From Alphaproteobacteria bacterium (GTDB lineage Bacteria > Pseudomonadota > Alphaproteobacteria > GM7ARS4 > CBDIDI01): a DNA stretch of 64,000 bases. Position numbers and translations under genes: made by a program. Below, one piece after another: positions 23,082 to 34,300 of this stretch; position 1 is the first letter of the stretch; each line of letters starts with the position of its first letter. Location of the stretch: contig OZ255830.1 in the NCBI GenBank assembly GCA_965277685.1, positions 761,617 through 825,616 of the forward strand. The letters are read 5' to 3'. The notes beneath the pieces are model-generated. The model was not told the DNA's origin and ran no database searches. It saw only the letters and a list, made by a program, of their open reading frames with translations.

Positions 23082-25181
23082 ATGATTTTCTCCGAATTTT
23101 ACTGGATTGCTATCGCCTCTTCCCTGCTGGCGTTGCTCTATGGAATAGTGGCATCAAGGGCGATTTTGTCAGCAAAAACCGGCACCGCCGCCATGCGCTC
23201 GATCGCCGAAGCCATTCAGGAAGGGGCCCAAGCCTACCTCAACCGGCAATATCGAACCATTGCCGTCGTTGGCATTATCATTGCCCTTGCCATCGGTTTT
23301 TTACTGGGATGGCATGTGACCATCGGCTTTGTTATCGGTGCCGTCCTCAGTGGCGGTGCCGGATATATCGGCATGATGGTATCGGTTCGCGCCAATATTC
23401 GCACCGCCCAGGCCGCGCGCACATCGCTGGCCGGGGCCCTTGATATCGCTTTTCGCTCCGGCGCGGTCACCGGTCTTTTGGTTGTCGGCCTCGCCTTGCT
23501 TGGCGTTAGCGGCTATTACGGCCTCGCCCGCGATTATTTCGCCGCTCTTGAACCGACCATGGAAGGATTGATCGGCATGGGCTTTGGGGCATCCTTGATT
23601 TCGATCTTTGCCCGCCTCGGTGGCGGTATCTTTACCAAGGGCGCCGACGTCGGTGCCGATTTGGTCGGCAAAATCGAAGCGGGCATTCCCGAAGACGACC
23701 CCCGCAACCCGGCCGTCATTGCCGATAATGTCGGCGATAATGTCGGCGATTGCGCCGGTATGGCCGCCGATTTGTTCGAAACCTATGTCGTCACGATCGT
23801 CGCGACCATGCTTTTGGCCGGGATTTTCTTCGAGGGCGCCGGGCCCTTGCAAACTGAGCTGCTCTCGCTTCCCCTCGTATTGGGCGGCAGCTGCATCATC
23901 GCTTCCGTGATCGGCACGTTTTTCGTCCGCCTCGGCCCCTCACAGTCGATTATCAAAGCCCTTTATCGCGGCTTTTTTGCCACCATTGCCGTATCGGCCG
24001 TGTTAATCGCCATCGTGATCGAATGGATGTTCGGCTTTGATTTCGTCTTCTTTACCCAAGGCATCAGTTTCAGTGGTCTTGACATGTATTTATGCGCCCT
24101 GGTCGGATTGGTCGTTACCGCCGCGTTGTTGTCGATCACCCAATATTACACCGGCATCGGCCACAGGCCGGTGGCATTGATTGCCGATGCCTGCAAAACC
24201 GGCCATGCCACAACCATCATTCAAGGGCTTGCCGTCTCGATGGAAGCCACCGCATTGCCGGTTTTGGTCATTTGTGGCGGAATTTTAGCCTCCTATATCT
24301 GCGCCGGTCTTTTCGGTATTGCGATCGCGGCCACCACCATGCTGGCCCTGGCCGGTATCGTCGTTGCTCTGGATGCTTATGGCCCGGTCACCGACAACGC
24401 CGGTGGAATCGCCGAAATGTCATCCATGAGTGGCGATGTGCGCAAAGTCACCGATGCCCTGGACGCCGTCGGCAACACGACCAAGGCGGTCACGAAGGGA
24501 TATGCCATTGGCTCGGCCGGGCTTGCCGCCTTGGTTCTTTTTGCCGTCTATACCTATGACGTGCAACGGTATTTCCCCAACCTTACGATTGATTTCACCC
24601 TCCTTAATCCCTATGTCGTGATTGGTTTATTTGTCGGTGGACTTCTCCCTTATCTTTTCGGCTCGCTTAGCCTGATGGCCGTCGGCCGCGCCGCCGGTGC
24701 CGTCGTTATCGAAGTGCGCCGCCAGATGAAGGAAATCAAAGGCATCATGTCCGGCAAAACAAAACCCGAATACGCCCGGGCGGTCGATATTTTAACCAAG
24801 GCGGCGATTCGTCAAATGATTGTTCCATCGCTTCTGCCCGTCAGCGCCCCCTTACTGCTTTATGGTGTCGTCTGGGCCATCGATGGATCCGGTGCCGCCC
24901 TCAGTGCCCTTGGCGCGATGCTTCTCGGCACCATCGTCACCGGCATCTTTGTTGCGATCTCCATGACCTCCGGCGGGGGGGCATGGGATAATGCGAAAAA
25001 ATATATTGAAGATGGCCATCTCGGCGGCAAAGGTTCCGATGCCCACAAAGCATCGATCACCGGCGATACCGTTGGCGATCCGTATAAAGATACGGCTGGC
25101 CCGGCCATCAATCCGATGATCAAAGTCGTCAATATCGTTGCCCTTATGCTTTTGATGGCGATTGCCCACGGTTCGGGATAA
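23082..25181 (+). CDS. hppA: Membrane H+-translocating pyrophosphatase, K+-independent type
   Basis: [48 protein letters not shown]; GNTTKA (Lys marks the K+-independent type); [14 protein letters not shown]. Confidence 0.97.
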   Translation: MIFSEFYWIAIASSLLALLYGIVASRAILSAKTGTAAMRSIAEAIQEGAQAYLNRQYRTIAVVGIIIALAIGFLLGWHVTIGFVIGAVLSGGAGYIGMMVSVRANIRTAQAARTSLAGALDIAFRSGAVTGLLVVGLALLGVSGYYGLARDYFAALEPTMEGLIGMGFGASLISIFARLGGGIFTKGADVGADLVGKIEAGIPEDDPRNPAVIADNVGDNVGDCAGMAADLFETYVVTIVATMLLAGIFFEGAGPLQTELLSLPLVLGGSCIIASVIGTFFVRLGPSQSIIKALYRGFFATIAVSAVLIAIVIEWMFGFDFVFFTQGISFSGLDMYLCALVGLVVTAALLSITQYYTGIGHRPVALIADACKTGHATTIIQGLAVSMEATALPVLVICGGILASYICAGLFGIAIAATTMLALAGIVVALDAYGPVTDNAGGIAEMSSMSGDVRKVTDALDAVGNTTKAVTKGYAIGSAGLAALVLFAVYTYDVQRYFPNLTIDFTLLNPYVVIGLFVGGLLPYLFGSLSLMAVGRAAGAVVIEVRRQMKEIKGIMSGKTKPEYARAVDILTKAAIRQMIVPSLLPVSAPLLLYGVVWAIDGSGAALSALGAMLLGTIVTGIFVAISMTSGGGAWDNAKKYIEDGHLGGKGSDAHKASITGDTVGDPYKDTAGPAINPMIKVVNIVALMLLMAIAHGSG

Positions 25182-25432
25182 CCCGTTTTTCCCGTTATAT
25201 CCATTATGGTGCCAACCGCCGTGGTGACCGAAAAGATTGGCCGATATCGACCCGCCCATGGACGAACCAATCGACCCACGTATCGACCCATATATTGATA
25301 GGCACCCCATTTGCCCGCGCCCTTGCCCGCCTATGGACGAACATATCGACCGACGTATTGATGGGAACCCATCATTTTCACGCTTGGCGGCGGCGCTCGC
25401 CGCGGTTGGGGTTCATTCCGCGCGCCCTTCTT

Positions 25433-26554
25433 ATGTCCTTTGATAAATCCCGTATCCGTGCCGGTTGGCGCGCCCTTATCGCCTTTGCCCCATCCATCGC
25501 AAGCGGGGCTTTTCCCCGTATTTTTTCACGTGTTTTCCCCCATCGTCTTCCCCGTATTTTCCCCCACATTTTTTCACGTATCTTTTGGGGGGGTTCCCCA
25601 GGTGTTTTTCCGGGGGGGAGGGCCCATATATTTTTAGGTGTTTTTCTGGGTGTTTTCTTGGCCGGCTGCGAAAGCCTGATCTATTCCACCCCGCCGCCCC
25701 ATCCGGCCCCGGCCCCTTCCGAATCTTCCGATCATCGGGATACCGCCCGCGCCGTCGGGCCGGTGCAATTGCGCATCGCCAAAGGCGACACCCTTTACTC
25801 GATTTCCCGCCGCTATCGGGTTTCCGTTGCCCAACTCGCGCTGGTCAATGCCATCAAGGCCCCCTATATCCTTCGCATCGGGCAAATCATTACCGTTCCC
25901 GCGCCGCGCTTTCACAAGGTTCGCGCCAATGACACTATCAGCACCCTTGCCCGGCGCTATCGCGTTTCCCAATCCGCGATCGTTAAACTTAATCGTCTGG
26001 ATAAAAACGGTTGGATCCGGATTGGCGAAACCTTGCGTATTCCCGCATCACCACCGTGGCCCGGGCCCGGGGGCATGGACACCGCCGGGGCCAATGCCCC
26101 CACATCGATCAAAAAGCCGCAAAAACGCGTCCGTACTCCGGCGAAAGTCCAACCCGGAAAAATCCCCAAAGGGGGCTTTTCCTGGCCGTTGCGCGGTCGT
26201 CTTTTGGCCACTTTCGGCCAGCAAAAAAATGGCCTGCACAATGATGGCATCAACATCCATGCCCCGCTTGGCACGCCGGTGCGGGCCATCAAAGACGGAA
26301 AAGTCGTCTATATCGGCGATGCCCTTGTCGGTATGGGCAATCTTCTTTTGATTCGCCATGATCGGGGCTGGACATCGGCCTATGCGCATATATCGGCCAT
26401 CCATGTCCAAAACGGAGAAAAAGTCAAAAGCGGACAGATCATCGCCCGGGTCGGCAAAAGTGGCCGGGTTAAACGACCGCAATTGCATTTTCAATTGCGC
26501 CGCCGTTCCGATCCGGTCGACCCGCGCCGCCATTTGCCCCCCCTTTCAAGCTAG
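25433..26554 (+). CDS. LysM/M23 peptidase (NlpD-like lipoprotein)
   Basis: Lipobox LAGC, two LysM repeats (GDTLYSISRRY, NDTISTLARRY), M23 motifs HNDGINI, SAYAH, PQLHF. Start uncertain; a 12-bp repeat precedes the lipobox. Confidence 0.88.
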   Translation: MSFDKSRIRAGWRALIAFAPSIASGAFPRIFSRVFPHRLPRIFPHIFSRIFWGGSPGVFPGGRAHIFLGVFLGVFLAGCESLIYSTPPPHPAPAPSESSDHRDTARAVGPVQLRIAKGDTLYSISRRYRVSVAQLALVNAIKAPYILRIGQIITVPAPRFHKVRANDTISTLARRYRVSQSAIVKLNRLDKNGWIRIGETLRIPASPPWPGPGGMDTAGANAPTSIKKPQKRVRTPAKVQPGKIPKGGFSWPLRGRLLATFGQQKNGLHNDGINIHAPLGTPVRAIKDGKVVYIGDALVGMGNLLLIRHDRGWTSAYAHISAIHVQNGEKVKSGQIIARVGKSGRVKRPQLHFQLRRRSDPVDPRRHLPPLSS

Positions 26555-26565
26555 CCCCTTCGCAT

Positions 26566-26650
26566 CGGACTCCTTCACACTGGGCCTCCTTCACACTGGG
26601 GGCCTCCTTCGCACTGGGGGCCTCCTTCGCACCGGCCCCTTTCACATCGG
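26566..26650. repeat. Tandem repeat of about 18 bp (CTCCTTC(A/G)CACTGGGGGC) after nlpD
   Basis: About four consecutive units visible. Confidence 0.8.
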
Positions 26651-26923
26651 GGGGCCCTTACTGGATTGGATCACGCTTCCTCAAAGCCCCCCATTAGCCC
26701 GGGGGGAGGGGGGGTGCGCTCGCCCAAAGCCTCCCCTTAGTCCGAGGGGCGAGGGGGGGTACGCGTGCCCAAAGCCCCCTCGAGGCCTCACGCGCCAAGA
26801 CCCGCGATACCATCACCGGTAAGATCGCCCCAAAAGTCGCCCGAAAAGGCATCGGGGACCAAAAAAACGCGAATCAAAAAAGAAGCGGTTGAGGTTCAAA
26901 AAAGGACAGGGCGATAAGGGGTT

Positions 26924-27721
26924 TTATCCATCGTGATGCGCGGCCAAGTGGCGCATATATTGCGCCGCCGCCCGCCCGGAACGCCCGCCCCTGGCCCCGG
27001 CCCATTGATCGGCCCGGGTGATGATTTCTTGGACATCGATGGTCAATCGGCGGGCCCGGGCATGGGCTTTCAACATATCGCGCCACTGGGCATCGTCACA
27101 GCCATGAAACCCCAGCCAAAGTCCAAATCGATCGCTCAACGCCAAATCATCTTGTAGCGCGTCGCCCGGATGCGCCTCGTCCGATGCCATCGTCCGACCG
27201 GAAACATGGCGGCGGTTTGACGTTGCGTAAAACACGAAAGGAACCGACCGCATCCCTTGCCCGCTTTCGAGAAAGCTTTTCAGAATATGGGCCCGCGATC
27301 CGCCGTCACCGGCAAAGCAAAGATCGTCGCATAGGATGACGACCGGACACCCGAGAGAAGATAAATGCGGCCCTAAATCATCGACGGTATCAATATCGGT
27401 CACGCGAATATCGACAACGGCAATCGATGCCGCCACCGCGTGGCATACCGACCGCGCAAGCGAGCTTTTGCCCATGCCACGAACCCCCCACAACAACGCG
27501 TCATGGGCCGGACGACCCCGGGCAAAGGCACGGGTATTGGCCAAAAGATCGTCCCGCTGGCGATCAATGCCCCGCAAAAGGGTCAGCGGTTCGGCCGTGA
27601 TCGGGCCAAGACGCCGCAATCGTCTTCCCCGCCATAGCCAATTGTTCCCGCGCGCGCGGCGATAATATTGCCATCCCATCCACATTCGTGCCACACTGGC
27701 GCGGGCAAAAGGGGAAGTCAA
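26924..27721 (-). CDS. DUF815 family AAA ATP-binding protein
   Basis: LRGIDRQRD.L..NT..FARG, LLWGVRGMGKSSL, CDDL, YATSNRRH, SDRFGLWLGF, RSGRAAAQY; typical neighbour of yajC and nlpD. Confidence 0.9.
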   Translation of the reverse strand: MTSPFARASVARMWMGWQYYRRARGNNWLWRGRRLRRLGPITAEPLTLLRGIDRQRDDLLANTRAFARGRPAHDALLWGVRGMGKSSLARSVCHAVAASIAVVDIRVTDIDTVDDLGPHLSSLGCPVVILCDDLCFAGDGGSRAHILKSFLESGQGMRSVPFVFYATSNRRHVSGRTMASDEAHPGDALQDDLALSDRFGLWLGFHGCDDAQWRDMLKAHARARRLTIDVQEIITRADQWAGARGGRSGRAAAQYMRHLAAHHDG

Positions 27722-27778
27722 TCATCACGGACACCATCCACCATCGATCTTTTCCGCGCGCGATATTGGCCCCCCACG

Positions 27779-27949
27779 CGTTATATCGATCAATCATCTT
27801 GCCTGAAGGGGGGGTGCGGCGTTATATCGACCGATCGTCTTGCCTGAAGGGGGGGTGCGGCGTTATATCGACCGATCGTCTTGCCTGAAGAGGGGGTGCG
27901 GCGTTATATCGACCGATCGTCTTGCCTGAAGGGGGGGTGCGGCGTTATA
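27779..27949. repeat. 41-bp direct tandem repeat, 4 copies, no spacers
   Basis: CGTTATATCGACCGATCGTCTTGCCTGAAGGGGGGGTGCGG-type unit at 27779, 27820, 27861 and 27902. Confidence 0.95.
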
Positions 27950-28019
27950 GTCGGGCGTGTTTTGCCCGCATGCCATCGGGCCTTAATGTAAAACCGGGCG
28001 ATGCCCATTGGAAATTATT

Positions 28020-28463
28020 ATGATCATATCTCCTGCCTTTGCCCAAACAGCATCATCCGAAGGAAGTGCCGTGCAACTTTTCCTTCCTCTGATTTTAATT
28101 TTTGCCGTCTTTTATTTTCTTCTTATCCGCCCCCAGCAAAAGAAAATTAAACAGCATCAGGAAATGCTGGCGGCCATCACGCGCGGCGATACGGTCGTCA
28201 CCGGCGGGGGCTTGATCGGAAAGGTGGAAGCGGTCAAGGACGATGCCTTAACGATACGCATCGCCAATGGGGTTGAGGTTCGGGCCTTGCGCTCGACCAT
28301 TTCCCGCATCCATAACGATGGCCCCGCCGCAAAAAACCCGAACCGGGAAAAAACCGATCCGAACGCACATCAAAAACCCAATCAAAAAACCCCCAAGAAA
28401 ACCCCCAATAACCCCGCTAAAAAAATCCAGGCGGCGCGGCGTCGAGGACGGGCCGAGCGATGA
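28020..28463 (+). CDS. yajC: Preprotein translocase subunit YajC with a low-complexity tail
   Basis: MIISPAFAQ, FYFLLIRPQQKK, GDTVVTGGGLIGKV. Confidence 0.96.
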   Translation: MIISPAFAQTASSEGSAVQLFLPLILIFAVFYFLLIRPQQKKIKQHQEMLAAITRGDTVVTGGGLIGKVEAVKDDALTIRIANGVEVRALRSTISRIHNDGPAAKNPNREKTDPNAHQKPNQKTPKKTPNNPAKKIQAARRRGRAER

Positions 28464-30043
28464 TTTATTTTTCCCGCTGGAAAAGTTTCTTTGTCATTGC
28501 TCTGTGCCTTGTTGGCATATCGACCGCACTGCCCAATGTTGTTCCGTCCTCGTGGTTGCGGGCGGTGCCGGACTGGCTTCCCCGGGATCGGGTTAATCTT
28601 GGTCTCGATCTTCAAGGCGGCGCGCATCTGCTGCTGGAAGTCGATGTGCGCGCCGTTATCAACGAACGGCTTGAATCATTGGTCGATGAAGTCCGCTCGG
28701 CCCTGCGCAAGGGCAAAATCGGCTATACCAAGCTGGCGGTGGATAAAGCGAAAGAACGAGTCGTTTTCACCCTTCGCGACGGCAAGGACAGCGATGCCGC
28801 CCGTCAAATCCTGCGCGATATGGACAATCAATCGCGATTTGACATAACCGCGCTTGAAAATAATCGCTTTCAGATCGCGTTCACCCCGCTCGCCCTGCGC
28901 GAGGCAACCAATCAAGTGGTCGAGCAATCGATCGAAGTCGTCCGCAGCCGTGTCGATGAAACCGGCACCCGCGAACCGACCATTCAACGCCAGGGGGCGG
29001 ATCGTATTTTGGTTCAACTTCCCGGCCAAGATCCCGAACGAATCAAGGCTCTTTTGGGGCGCACCGCGAAATTGACGTTTCACATGGTCGATCCGACCAC
29101 CACCGCTTTGGCCGAAAAAAGAGGCGCCATCCCGGCCGGCGCCATTCGGGTTCCGGCCATCGATAGTTCCGATCCGGAAGGCGAATATATTCTGCGGCGC
29201 AAGGTCGCCCTTAGCGGGGAGCTTTTGACCAACGCCACGGCAAGTTTCAATTCCCAGCGCGGCGAATACGTCGTCACCGTGACTTTCGACAGCCAAGGCG
29301 CGCGCCGTTTTTCCCGGCTAACCCGCGAGAATGTCGGCAAACGCATGGCCATCGTGCTTGACGGTAAAGTCATCAGCGCACCGGTCATCAACGAAGCCAT
29401 TCCCGGCGGCACCGCCGAAATCAGCGGCCGCTTCACCGCGCAAACCGGCAACGATCTGGCATTGCTGTTGCGGGCCGGGGCATTGCCCGCACCCCTTCAA
29501 GTCATCGAGGAACGTTCCGTCGGCCCATCCCTTGGCGCCGATTCGGTCCACGCCGGAAAAATTGCCAGTATCGTCGCCCTGATCGGCGTCATTGTCTTCA
29601 TGGCGATCTGCTATGGCCTTTTCGGCCTGTTTGCCAACTTGGCCTTGCTTATCAATCTCGCCCTTCTCTTTGGCGCGTTATCCCTTCTTTCGGCCACCCT
29701 GACCTTGCCCGGCATCGCCGGTATCATCTTGACCCTCGGGATGGCGGTCGATGCCAATGTTCTGGTCTTTGAGCGCATCCGTGAGGAAATACGCATGGGC
29801 CGCACCCCGGTCAACGCGATCGAACATGGCTATGGGCGCGCCCTTCGCACCATCATCGACGCGAATTTAACCACCCTTATTGCCGCCTTTTTGCTTTATC
29901 TGTTCGGCTCTGGCCCCATCAAGGGCTTTGCCGTCACATTGTCGATCGGCATCGTTACGTCGATGTTCACCGCTATCATGGTCACCCGTTTGATGATTGT
30001 CACCTGGCTTCGGCGCAGCAATGCCCGCCTTCTTCCGATCTAA
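28460..30043 (+). CDS. secD: Protein translocase subunit SecD
   Basis: LGLDLQGGAHLL, GPSLGADS, LTLPGIAG, GMAVDANVLVFERIREE, GPIKGFAVTL. Confidence 0.98.
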   Translation: MIYFSRWKSFFVIALCLVGISTALPNVVPSSWLRAVPDWLPRDRVNLGLDLQGGAHLLLEVDVRAVINERLESLVDEVRSALRKGKIGYTKLAVDKAKERVVFTLRDGKDSDAARQILRDMDNQSRFDITALENNRFQIAFTPLALREATNQVVEQSIEVVRSRVDETGTREPTIQRQGADRILVQLPGQDPERIKALLGRTAKLTFHMVDPTTTALAEKRGAIPAGAIRVPAIDSSDPEGEYILRRKVALSGELLTNATASFNSQRGEYVVTVTFDSQGARRFSRLTRENVGKRMAIVLDGKVISAPVINEAIPGGTAEISGRFTAQTGNDLALLLRAGALPAPLQVIEERSVGPSLGADSVHAGKIASIVALIGVIVFMAICYGLFGLFANLALLINLALLFGALSLLSATLTLPGIAGIILTLGMAVDANVLVFERIREEIRMGRTPVNAIEHGYGRALRTIIDANLTTLIAAFLLYLFGSGPIKGFAVTLSIGIVTSMFTAIMVTRLMIVTWLRRSNARLLPI

Positions 30044-30383
30044 CCCATATATACGCGATACCAAGGATTGCATGCGATGTTGAAAGGATTATCTCTTCTG
30101 ACCGGGTTCACCGCCATCATGGTCACCCGTTTGATGATTGTCACCTGGCTTCGGCGCAGCAATGCCCGCCTTCTTCCGATCTAACCCATATATACGCGAT
30201 ACCAAGGATTACATGCGATGTTGAAAGGATTATCTCTTCTGACCGGGTTCACCGCCATCATGGTCACCCGTTTGATGATTGTCACCTGGCTCCGGCGCAG
30301 CAATGCCCGCCTTCTTCCGATCTAACCCATATATACGCGATACCAAGGATTACATGCGATGTTGAAAGGATTATCTCTTCTGA
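29965..30383 (+). repeat. 141-bp tandem triplication spanning the secD 3' end, the spacer and the secF 5' end
   Basis: GTTCACCGC at 29965, 30106 and 30247; copies differ at about 3 positions. Confidence 0.96.
30077..30184 (+). CDS. Chimeric SecF(N)-SecD(C) 35-aa mini-ORF; a second copy lies at 30218-30325
   Basis: MLKGLSLLTGFTAIMVTRLMIVTWLRRSNARLLPI*, preceded by the same upstream sequence as secF. Expression is unproven. Confidence 0.4.
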   Translation: MLKGLSLLTGFTAIMVTRLMIVTWLRRSNARLLPI

Positions 30384-31318
30384 GCGGCGTGCCACGCCTT
30401 CCCTTTATGCGTTGGCGCTTTTTCGCGCTGGCCGTATCGGCCGTGTTCGTGGTCGCTTCGCTCGTCGCTCTTGTTTACCAAAACCTTAATTACGGTATTG
30501 ATTTTCGCGGCGGCATCATGATCGAGGCCAAATTCACCTCCCCGCCCGATATTGTCGATTTGCGCAGCCGGCTTGAAACAAGCCAACTTGGCGATATCGA
30601 AATCCAGCAATTCGGCGCGCCCGATACCATTCTTGTCCGGGTTCAAGAACAAGACGGCGGCGAGCGCGAGCGCATTGCCGCCATCGGTACAATCAAATCC
30701 TATCTTGGTGACGATGTCGATTATCGGCGCACCGAATTCGTCGGGCCGAAAATCGGGGAAGAATTGAAATGGCAGGGCATATGGGCCGTGACCTACGCCG
30801 TCTTGGCGATATTGCTGTATATTTGGTTTCGCTTTGAAGGATGGCAATTCGCGGTCGCATCGATTATTGCCTTGCTCCACGACGTTATTTTAACCCTTGG
30901 CTTGTTTTCGGTTTTTCGCTTTGAGTTCAATCTTGCCACCATCGCCGCCATTTTAACCATTGCCGGATATTCCATTAACGATACGGTCGTTGTTTTCGAC
31001 CGGGTGCGCGAAAATATGGCCAAACACCGATCGCGCCCGCTTGTCGATATTCTCAATATATCCTTGAACGAAACCTTGTCGCGAACATTGATGACCTCGC
31101 TGACGACATTGCTGGCGTTATTTGCGCTTGTCCTTTTCGGCGGTGCCGTCATTCGTGATTTTGTCATCGCCATGATCTGGGGCGTGATTATCGGAACATG
31201 GTCATCGATTTTCATTGCCGTGCCGATTCTCGATTTTTTCCGTTTGCCCGCCCGTCTTGCCGACACGACCGATCAAGACAAGGCGGGGGCGCGGGCCGGG
31301 GCATCACGTCGCTCTTAA
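30359..31318 (+). CDS. secF: Protein translocase subunit SecF
   Basis: LNYGIDFRGG, EFVGPKIGEEL, GYSINDTVVVFDRVREN, TLSRTLMTS, GTWSSIFIA. Confidence 0.98.
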   Translation: MLKGLSLLSGVPRLPFMRWRFFALAVSAVFVVASLVALVYQNLNYGIDFRGGIMIEAKFTSPPDIVDLRSRLETSQLGDIEIQQFGAPDTILVRVQEQDGGERERIAAIGTIKSYLGDDVDYRRTEFVGPKIGEELKWQGIWAVTYAVLAILLYIWFRFEGWQFAVASIIALLHDVILTLGLFSVFRFEFNLATIAAILTIAGYSINDTVVVFDRVRENMAKHRSRPLVDILNISLNETLSRTLMTSLTTLLALFALVLFGGAVIRDFVIAMIWGVIIGTWSSIFIAVPILDFFRLPARLADTTDQDKAGARAGASRRS

Positions 31319-31334
31319 GGCGGTCGGCGGGGTT

Positions 31335-34300
31335 ATGGCGGCGCCTTTTATCCATCTTCGCCACTGGTCCCATTATTCCTTTTTAAAAAGCGCCCTTCGG
31401 GTCGACGATATCGTTTCGATCGCCGCGAATGCGACCGTTCCGGCCGTCGGGCTGTGCGACGATACCAATCTTTCGGCGGTTCCCGAACTCAGCAAAAAAG
31501 CGCTTGCCCGGGGCATCCAGCCGATTATCGGCGCCACTTTTGCCCTGCGCCTCGACAATGATCATATCCATCATCTGCCGCTTTTCGTGTCCCATGCCGA
31601 AGGTTGGGACAACCTTGTCCGATTGGTCAATGCCGCCCATACCCGCACCGATCGCTATGATGACAAACCCTATATATCCATATCGGAATTGGCCGCCGCC
31701 AACGCCGGGCTGATCGCCTTGAGTGGTGATTTTCTATCCACCGCCAATATCGGCAAGACCCTTCCGGCCATCTTAACCCGGCTTGCCACCGTTTTTCCTT
31801 CTCGTTTTTATGTCGAGTTATCGCGCCACGGCTATAACGGCGAGGAAGGGCTTATCGCCCGATTGGTCGATCAAGCGGATCGCCACGGATGGCCGTTGCT
31901 TGGGACCAATCATTGCTTTTTTCCCGATCGGTCGATGCGGGAAGCCTATGAAGTGCTGCGATGCATCGCCAATCAGCAGACCATTCATGATGACGCGCGC
32001 GAAAGAGTCATGGAAAGCCACCATCCGCGCGGCAGTGACGAAATGCGCGATGTGTTTTCCGATCTTAGTGACGCATGCGATCATTCCTTGGTCTTTGCCC
32101 GGCGCTGCGGTTGGTATCCGGAAGGGCGCAAACCCCATTTGCCGCCCTTTCCTTGCCCGCCGCATAACGACGAAGTTCGTGAATTGACCCAACGGGCGAA
32201 GATCGGTCTTTGCGCCCGTCTTGAGGCCGCACACCTTGAGGCCGCGCATATCGGCATCGCCCCCGAAAATCCGCCCCCCCTCGAAAATCCGCCCGCCGAC
32301 AATCCGACCGGCAATCGGCAGGAAGGGGAATCCCCCTCCGAAAATCCGCCCCCCACCGAAAATCCGCCCCCTGCCGAAAAATCGCCCGCCGATCGACAGG
32401 AGGGGGAGCCCCCCGCCCGCACCACGCCAATCAAGGAGGACGAAAAAACAAAAAACGCGACCCTTTATCAAGAGAGACTCGCCTATGAAATCACGATTAT
32501 CGCAAAAATGGGATTTGCCGGTTATTTCCTGATCGTTGCCGATTTCGTCGCTTGGGCGAAAGAAAACTCCATCCCGGTCGGCCCGGGGCGCGGATCCGGG
32601 GCCGGCAGTGCCGTTGCCTGGGCCCTTGGCATCACCGATCTTGACCCTATTCGCCATGGCCTTTTATTCGAGCGCTTTCTTAACCCGGAACGCGTTTCAA
32701 TGCCCGATTTCGATATTGATTTTTGCCAGGAACGGCGCGACGAGGTGATTGCTTATCTCCGGCGCAAATACGGGCCCGATCATGTCGCCCATATCATCAC
32801 TTTCGGCACCTTGAAAGCCCGGGCCGTTTTGCGCGACGTCGGCCGGGTGCTGGCCATCCCCTATGGTACGGTCGATGAAATATGCAAACTCGTCCCTTCC
32901 GATCCCGCCAATCCCGTGACCCTTTCCAGCGCACTGGAAAGCGAGGCCGAACTTAAACAGCGCCGGACATCCCAAGAGGTGACCCGCATGATGGATATTT
33001 CCATGCAGTTGGAAGGATTATACCGCCACGCGTCCACCCACGCCGCCGGTATCGTTATCGGCGAGGACGCGTTGGATCAAACGGTGCCGTTGATTCGCGA
33101 CCAAAAAGGCCATCTTGCCACGCAATTCTCGATGAAACATGTCGAGCACGCCGGACTGGTGAAATTCGATCTTCTCGGCCTTAAAACGTTAAGCATGATT
33201 GCCCGCACGCTTTCCATGCTTCGCGCCGGTGGAACGGTGATTGACCTTTCCACCCTTAGCCTTGATGACAAAGACACCTATCACCTTCTTGGCCGTGCCC
33301 GCACCACCGGCGTCTTTCAATTGGAAAGCGCGGGAATGCGCGATGTCCTAAAGGGACTGCGCCCCGATCGCTTTGCCGATATTATCGCGGTTGTCGCCCT
33401 TTATCGACCGGGGCCGATGGACAATATCCCAAGCTATATCGGTCGCAAACACGGCAAGGAAAAAATACATTATCTGGATCCGCGCTTTGAAAGCATTCTC
33501 GCCGAGACTTACGGCATTATCATCTATCAAGAGCAGGTGATGGAAATCGCCCGGGTGATGTCGGGATTTTCCCTCGCCCGGGCCGATCTTCTTCGCCAAG
33601 CGATGGGGAAAAAAGATCACGATGTGATGGCCGCGCAAAGACGCGATTTTATCACCGGCGCAAAGGGTCGCGGGGTCGAGGAAAATACCGCGATACGGAT
33701 TTTCGAGGAAGTGCGTAAATTTGCCGGTTATGGATTTAATAAAAGCCACGCCGCCTGTTATGCCTTGATTGCCTATTGGACCGCTTGGTTAAAAACCCAT
33801 TTTCCCGTTGAATTTCTGGCCGCCTCCATGTCGATGGATATCCATAACACCGATAAAATCAACATTTTTCGCGAAGAGGCGATCCGATCGAAAATCACCA
33901 TCGAGCCGCCCGATATCAATCGCTCGGACGTTTTGTTCAGTGTCGGCCCGTCTCCCCATGATTCCCAGGATAATTCCGCCTCCGATAATTCCCCCCATGA
34001 TTCCTCAGATGGTTCTCGCAAGAGCGACCACCATCCCGGCACAGGTGCCGACCCATCCCAAAAATCGCCATCGCCAAACAACGCGACCCCATATGCCCCA
34101 TCCTCAAACGACACTTCCGGAAAGGGCGGAAAGGGCGGAAAGGGCGGAAGGAGCGCGCCGCAAAATCACCCGCCCCCATCGCCAAACCATACCCCCACGA
34201 CTCATACCAAGACCATTCGCTATGGACTGGCGGCGGTGCGTAACGTCGGGCGCGAGGCGGCCGCGCATCTGGTGGCGATGCGCACGCAAGACGGTGATTT

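Noticed and set aside
27779-27949. CRISPR array (also considered for the 40-, 49- and 63-bp arrays)
   Set aside because: The units are directly adjacent with no unique spacers, and no cas genes are in the window.
22484-30383. Gene-end triplications as pure assembly artefacts
   Set aside because: The copies differ by SNPs and a decayed equivalent exists at gyrB, so they were kept as findings, although read-level confirmation is still needed.
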